Of a stretch of 51,260 nucleotides of DNA, positions 47,099 to 51,260 are shown piece after piece (the stretch's first letter is position 1; each line of letters begins with the position of its first letter). The notes under the pieces are model-generated. The model saw only the letters and a list, made by a program, of their open reading frames with translations. It had not been told where the DNA came from and ran no database searches. The stretch spans positions 1 through 51,260 of the forward strand of contig CAWKZI010000001.1 in NCBI GenBank assembly GCA_963854365.1, read 5' to 3'. The DNA is from Gammaproteobacteria bacterium. Lineage in GTDB: Bacteria; Pseudomonadota; Gammaproteobacteria; Pseudomonadales; Pseudohongiellaceae. The translations under genes and the position numbers were made by a program.

Positions 47099-48691
47099 AT
47101 GAAAATGCTCTCTAAACAATGGCAAGACTATCTTAATTCTCCTTTATCTCGAAGGCACGTGCTACGACTGGGCACGCAGCTTTCTGGCGCTTTAGCTCTA
47201 GGAGCTATGCCGGGATTACTGCATGGTGCTGCACGTAGGTTGACAAGTTTGCAGGCGGACCCATTTACTCTTGGCGTAGCTTCTGGCGATCCCACTGCCG
47301 ACTCGGTAGTGCTCTGGACTCGGCTGGATAATGATATTTTGCGAGAAATGGGAGCTGAGCTGGATACCATCGAAATTGCCTATGAAATTTCTGCTACAGA
47401 ATCCTTCAGCAATGTGCTCCGTCATGGCGTCATCGCAGCGGCTCCTCAACTGGGCCATTCGGCCCATGCCGAAGTTCGTGGTCTGCAGGCAGAAACAGTC
47501 TATTTTTATCGCTGGCAATTAGGCAATGTCACCAGCCCAATCGGGCGAACCAAGACTGCAGCAGCTGCCGATGCGGATATCCAACAACTCAGATTTGCCG
47601 TCGCGTCCTGCCAGCAATATGAGCACGGCTATTTCACCGCTTACCAACATATGGCTGATGAAGATTTCGACCTGATCGTTCACCTCGGTGACTATATTTA
47701 CGAAAGAAGTTGGGGCCAAAATCTCGTTCGCGCCCACGAAGGCCCTGAAATTATAACCCTTACCAATTATCGTGCTCGCTACAACACTTACAAGTCCGAT
47801 CCGGATCTACAAGCTGCTCACGCCTCTGCTCCCTGGATTGTCACCTGGGATGACCACGAAGTGGATAACAATTATGCTGCTGATATTGGAGAAGATGATC
47901 AGACTCCTGAGCAACTGCTAATGCGCAGGAGTGCTGCATATCAAGCTTTTTATGAATTTATGCCGATCCGCTTACCTGTGGGCAGGCAAGGCCCAGATAT
48001 GCCTATTTATCGTCGACTACGGTTCGGCAAACTAGCTGAATTTAATGTGCTCGACACACGCCAATACCGCAGCAATCAAGCCTGTGGCGATGGTCGAAAA
48101 CAAAGCTGTGCGGAACATCTAGACAGGAGCAGAACCTTGCTAGGTGGTGCTCAGAAAGAGTGGCTCTACAATGGTCTAGCGACGGCAGATGCTACATGGA
48201 ATGTGCTGGCTCAGCAGATAATGGTAGCAAGTCTTCGCTCGGTTAGTGATGACGGAGAAGAACTATGGCCCATGGACCTGTGGGATGGCTATCCGTTTGA
48301 ACGACAGGAATTACTAAATATATTAGACCAGACATCAACGCCTAACCCCGTAGTTCTCACTGGCGATATTCACTCTAATTGGGCGGCCAATCTACAGTTG
48401 GATTTCGATAACGAAAACTCGAAAGTCGTCGGCTCCGAATTTGTCGGCACTTCAATTACTTCGGGTGGCGATGGTAGTGATATTTCAGATTATGGCGCTG
48501 CGCTATTAGACAACAATCCTCACGTAAAATTTTATAATGCGCAACGAGGCTATCTAAGCGCAACACTAACACCTGAACTATGGAAAACCGATTATAAAGT
48601 TCTACCACAAGTCACTCAGATCGGTGCTGAAATCAATATACGTAAAACTTATATCAGTGAAGCTGGAAATCCAGGTGTACAAGAAGCGTAA
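47099..48691 (+). CDS. phoD: Alkaline phosphatase D family protein, Tat-exported
   Basis: Tat motif SRRHVLRLG. PhoD N-domain block LGVASGDPTADSVVLWTRL. Metallophosphatase motifs HLGDYIYE and WDDHEVDNNY. Confidence 0.85.
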   Translation: MKMLSKQWQDYLNSPLSRRHVLRLGTQLSGALALGAMPGLLHGAARRLTSLQADPFTLGVASGDPTADSVVLWTRLDNDILREMGAELDTIEIAYEISATESFSNVLRHGVIAAAPQLGHSAHAEVRGLQAETVYFYRWQLGNVTSPIGRTKTAAAADADIQQLRFAVASCQQYEHGYFTAYQHMADEDFDLIVHLGDYIYERSWGQNLVRAHEGPEIITLTNYRARYNTYKSDPDLQAAHASAPWIVTWDDHEVDNNYAADIGEDDQTPEQLLMRRSAAYQAFYEFMPIRLPVGRQGPDMPIYRRLRFGKLAEFNVLDTRQYRSNQACGDGRKQSCAEHLDRSRTLLGGAQKEWLYNGLATADATWNVLAQQIMVASLRSVSDDGEELWPMDLWDGYPFERQELLNILDQTSTPNPVVLTGDIHSNWAANLQLDFDNENSKVVGSEFVGTSITSGGDGSDISDYGAALLDNNPHVKFYNAQRGYLSATLTPELWKTDYKVLPQVTQIGAEINIRKTYISEAGNPGVQEA

Positions 48692-48814
48692 AAGAGCTTG
48701 GATCGAAAAGCCGAGTATTAATAGGGCATAATTACAGGAAGTTCTTAGTGATATCGTACAAATTCAGACTAATAAAACGGGATACGCACTATATTAAAAA
48801 AAAGTGCACGAGTT

Positions 48815-48841
48815 TAGTTATAGTAAGAAAATCTATAACTA
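48815..48841. terminator. Hairpin between convergent phoD and the NHL-repeat gene
   Basis: TAGTTATAG-taagaaaat-CTATAACTA forms a perfect 9-bp AT-rich stem. No clean U-run follows on either strand. Confidence 0.3.
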
Positions 48842-48915
48842 GCACATACATAAAATGGATAAAGTAAGACTTCTGTAGTATTGAGAGCTTGTATTTATTC
48901 CATTTCGGATAATTA

Positions 48916-49932
48916 TTACTTTCGGGAATACTTTCTAAGCGTCATGCCACCGGTTAAAGAACCATAGACATTACCCTCTGCATCGACAGTAACGCCCTCC
49001 TGTGTTCCAACCTCTGAAGGGTCATCAATAAATTCAAACACTTCTCCATCGTTAACACTGCCGATACGAATGCCTCGCTCAAATCCAGGGTTGGTCTGAG
49101 GACTTGAAGAAGAATCGGTGACATAGAGCATGTCATTGCCATCGATATACATACCACTGGGTCGGCCAAACTGACGCCATTGGTCAATAAAATTTCCTTG
49201 TTGATCGAAAATTTGCAATCTATTATTACCGCGGTCTCCTACATATAATCGACCTTGAGAATCCATAGCCAAAGCATGCGGAGTATGAAAGTCACCTGGC
49301 CCCTCTCCTCTTCTACCCCAACTCAATAGAAATTTTCCTTCTGAATCGAACTTCATAATGCGGGCATTGGATGCTCCTCCATGCCCATCACCAACGAAAA
49401 TGTCGCCATTAGGCGCCACATAAACTGAAGAGGGTTGATTGAATTTATCGTGGCCGTCACCGGGCTGCCCAGCTTTACCTAAGGTCATTAAGAGTTCGCC
49501 GGAAGGACTGAACTTAAACACTTGATGACCTTTTCCATCGCGCCTGAAATCTTCTCCATTCGGCCCTTCACCATCAGCAACCCAAACATTTCCCTTTCCA
49601 TCGACAAAATTACTATGAGGACGAATGAACATGTTTTGACCGAAGCTTTTTAGTAAATTTCCAGCCAGGTCAAATTGCATAATTGGTGCAAGCTCTGAAC
49701 CCACACAGTTATTGGCGCCGCAGCGATCGAAAAGCCAGATACTTGATTGGTCCGGGTGAATAAAAATACCGGCAGTAGAACCAATAGCTCGATTTATTGG
49801 CATTTTAAAAAAACTTTCATCCAACGTGTAGTTAAGGCTGGGTATACTCATGGGAGTGGACTGAGCAAACAAGGTAGCACTTACACAGGCAAGCACTCCG
49901 CTTACAAAAACTATCTTATTCAGCCCAATCAT
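48916..49932 (-). CDS. Exported NHL-repeat six-bladed propeller, peptidyl-alpha-hydroxyglycine-lyase (PAL)-like
   Basis: Signal peptide, then repeated NHL blocks (FNQPSSVYVAPNGDIFVGDGHGGASNARIMKF, FHTPHALAMDSQGRLYVGDRGNNRLQIF). It starts 8 nt after the upstream PQQ dehydrogenase stop codon. Confidence 0.75.
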   Translation of the reverse strand: MIGLNKIVFVSGVLACVSATLFAQSTPMSIPSLNYTLDESFFKMPINRAIGSTAGIFIHPDQSSIWLFDRCGANNCVGSELAPIMQFDLAGNLLKSFGQNMFIRPHSNFVDGKGNVWVADGEGPNGEDFRRDGKGHQVFKFSPSGELLMTLGKAGQPGDGHDKFNQPSSVYVAPNGDIFVGDGHGGASNARIMKFDSEGKFLLSWGRRGEGPGDFHTPHALAMDSQGRLYVGDRGNNRLQIFDQQGNFIDQWRQFGRPSGMYIDGNDMLYVTDSSSSPQTNPGFERGIRIGSVNDGEVFEFIDDPSEVGTQEGVTVDAEGNVYGSLTGGMTLRKYSRK

Positions 49933-49940
49933 AAAAAGCC

Positions 49941-51260
49941 CTAATTGCGTAAAGCAAAAGTCGACATCGAGTTACCTGAAATCACCGAAACATATTGCAC
50001 ACCATCTACCATGAATGTAACTGGAGCCATTACAATCTGTCCACCAAGATTTACGTTCCACAATAAATCACCTGTGCGCGCATCGATAGCGTGAAAGTAA
50101 CCTTCTCTTCCCCCGGTAAATAATAAATCGGAACCAGTGGTGAGCATGCCGCTATCACTAACGTCAAATTGGTCATAAGACCAAACTGCTTCTCCAGTTT
50201 GCGGATCCATGGCCTTCAATGAAGCGTGGCCAACTTCATTAGTCCAGTTATTTATCGGATTAGTGCGACCAATACCTATAGTTGGAGCTCCTGGCGCTGG
50301 AGCTAAAACAGAGAAACCACCACCAAGAAAAGCGCGCCCTGGAATATATTCAGATTCTTCCGCTCGATAAATTGTCGCGTAATCTTTCCAAGCACTAAAA
50401 TAAAAATAACCCGTTCTTGGACTGTAGGAAGGTGGATACCAATTCGTACCACCTTGATTTCCAGGAAACGTTGGCAACCCCTCTGGTTGTGGAGTTGGAA
50501 TAGGGCGGCCGTTTTCATCGAGACCACTTGACCAATTCACTGTTACATAAGGTTTACCTTCTAAGAATTGTCCAGTGACTCTATCTAACACATAAAAATA
50601 ACCATTGCGGTTTGCCCACATCATTACCTTCGTCGGTGTTCCCCGAAAATCTATGTCTGCTAGTACCGGTACCTGCACAGAATCGTAGTCATAGGCATCA
50701 TTGGGTGTGAATTGGAAATACCACTTCAATTCGCCAGTGTCTGCATCTAAAGCTATTGCAGAATCAGAATAAAGATTATCCCCAGGTCGCTGACCAGCAT
50801 TCCAATCAGGACCTGGATTGCCTACTCCCCAATAAGTGAGGTTGAGTTCCGGATCGAATGAACCTGTAATCCAAACCGGCGCGCCTCCGTGCTGCCAATC
50901 ATCTCCTTGCCAGCTATCGTGATTCGGCTCACCTGGACCTGGAATTGTATAGGTCTTCCAAACTTGTTCACCGCTTTCCGCATCGAAAGCAGTCACGTAG
51001 CCACGAATGCCAAATTCACCACCACCGACACCAACAATTATCTTGTCTTTAACCGCTAGCGGGGCCATGGTGACAGAGTAAGCAAGATCAACATCACCTA
51101 CTTCCACATTCCAAAGTACTTCACCATTAACTCGATCTAAGGCTACTAACCGTGCATCGAGCGTACCCATATAAACTTTGTCATTGAGTACGGCTACTCC
51201 ACGATTGTTGGCACCACAACATACGAGTGAATTCTCGGCAGGTACATGTCGATATTTCCA
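49941..51260 (-). CDS. Type-I PQQ-dependent alcohol dehydrogenase (methanol/ethanol family); N-terminus lies outside the window
   Basis: The frame stays open to base 51260. The extra 30 codons read WKYRHVPAENSLVCCGANNRGVAVLNDKVY, which contains the vicinal Cys-Cys of type-I enzymes. Also present are GGTNWYPPSYSP and NDAYDYDSVQ (a D-x-D signature). Confidence 0.85.
   Translation of the reverse strand, partial: WKYRHVPAENSLVCCGANNRGVAVLNDKVYMGTLDARLVALDRVNGEVLWNVEVGDVDLAYSVTMAPLAVKDKIIVGVGGGEFGIRGYVTAFDAESGEQVWKTYTIPGPGEPNHDSWQGDDWQHGGAPVWITGSFDPELNLTYWGVGNPGPDWNAGQRPGDNLYSDSAIALDADTGELKWYFQFTPNDAYDYDSVQVPVLADIDFRGTPTKVMMWANRNGYFYVLDRVTGQFLEGKPYVTVNWSSGLDENGRPIPTPQPEGLPTFPGNQGGTNWYPPSYSPRTGYFYFSAWKDYATIYRAEESEYIPGRAFLGGGFSVLAPAPGAPTIGIGRTNPINNWTNEVGHASLKAMDPQTGEAVWSYDQFDVSDSGMLTTGSDLLFTGGREGYFHAIDARTGDLLWNVNLGGQIVMAPVTFMVDGVQYVSVISGNSMSTFALRN

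Noticed and set aside
1-51260. Mobile element, prophage, defence island or CRISPR array
   Set aside because: I recognised no transposase, integrase, recombinase, phage structural gene, restriction/abortive-infection-like gene, tRNA attachment site, long terminal inverted repeat or regularly spaced repeat array on either strand.

Overview
This is a 51.3-kb chromosomal segment from a diderm (Gram-negative) bacterium. That assignment rests on TonB-dependent receptors, lipoboxes and Sec/Tat signal peptides; the gene content looks like a marine proteobacterium, but that is inference only. Coding density is high. I found no rRNA, tRNA, CRISPR array, transposase, integrase or phage gene, so this is not a classical mobile or defence island.

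The window is dominated by exported redox enzymes and hydrolases:
- Five PQQ-type dehydrogenases: one sGDH/sorbosone-type, one atypical methanol/ethanol-family enzyme with its own cytochrome c, two paralogous glucose-dehydrogenase-like enzymes, and one 5'-truncated type-I alcohol dehydrogenase with a lanthanide-type D-x-D signature.
- Two paralogous TonB-dependent receptors and three small or fused c-type cytochromes.
- A NosR/NirI-like membrane flavo-FeS protein.
- Four secreted esterases, a PhoD phosphatase and an NhaC antiporter.
- Some CoA-dependent housekeeping-type genes at the left end.

Most interesting candidates:
1. An operon on the minus strand (36902..39832) encodes a cytochrome c, a thiamine-diphosphate enzyme with a textbook twin-arginine export signal, and a small cytoplasmic protein. 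It sits inside a TonB-receptor/PQQ-dehydrogenase module.
2. A periplasmic protein (20416..21789) fuses a c-type cytochrome domain to a peptidylglycine-monooxygenase-like domain with all six copper ligands. It lies next to an orphan NosR-like electron-transfer protein.
3. A two-member family of unknown exported proteins (motif YEYACHEGNY) is attached to these redox modules.
4. Decayed remnants of two regulatory genes flank the PQQ-dehydrogenase/cytochrome c pair.

All family calls come from reading motifs by eye. No database search was run.
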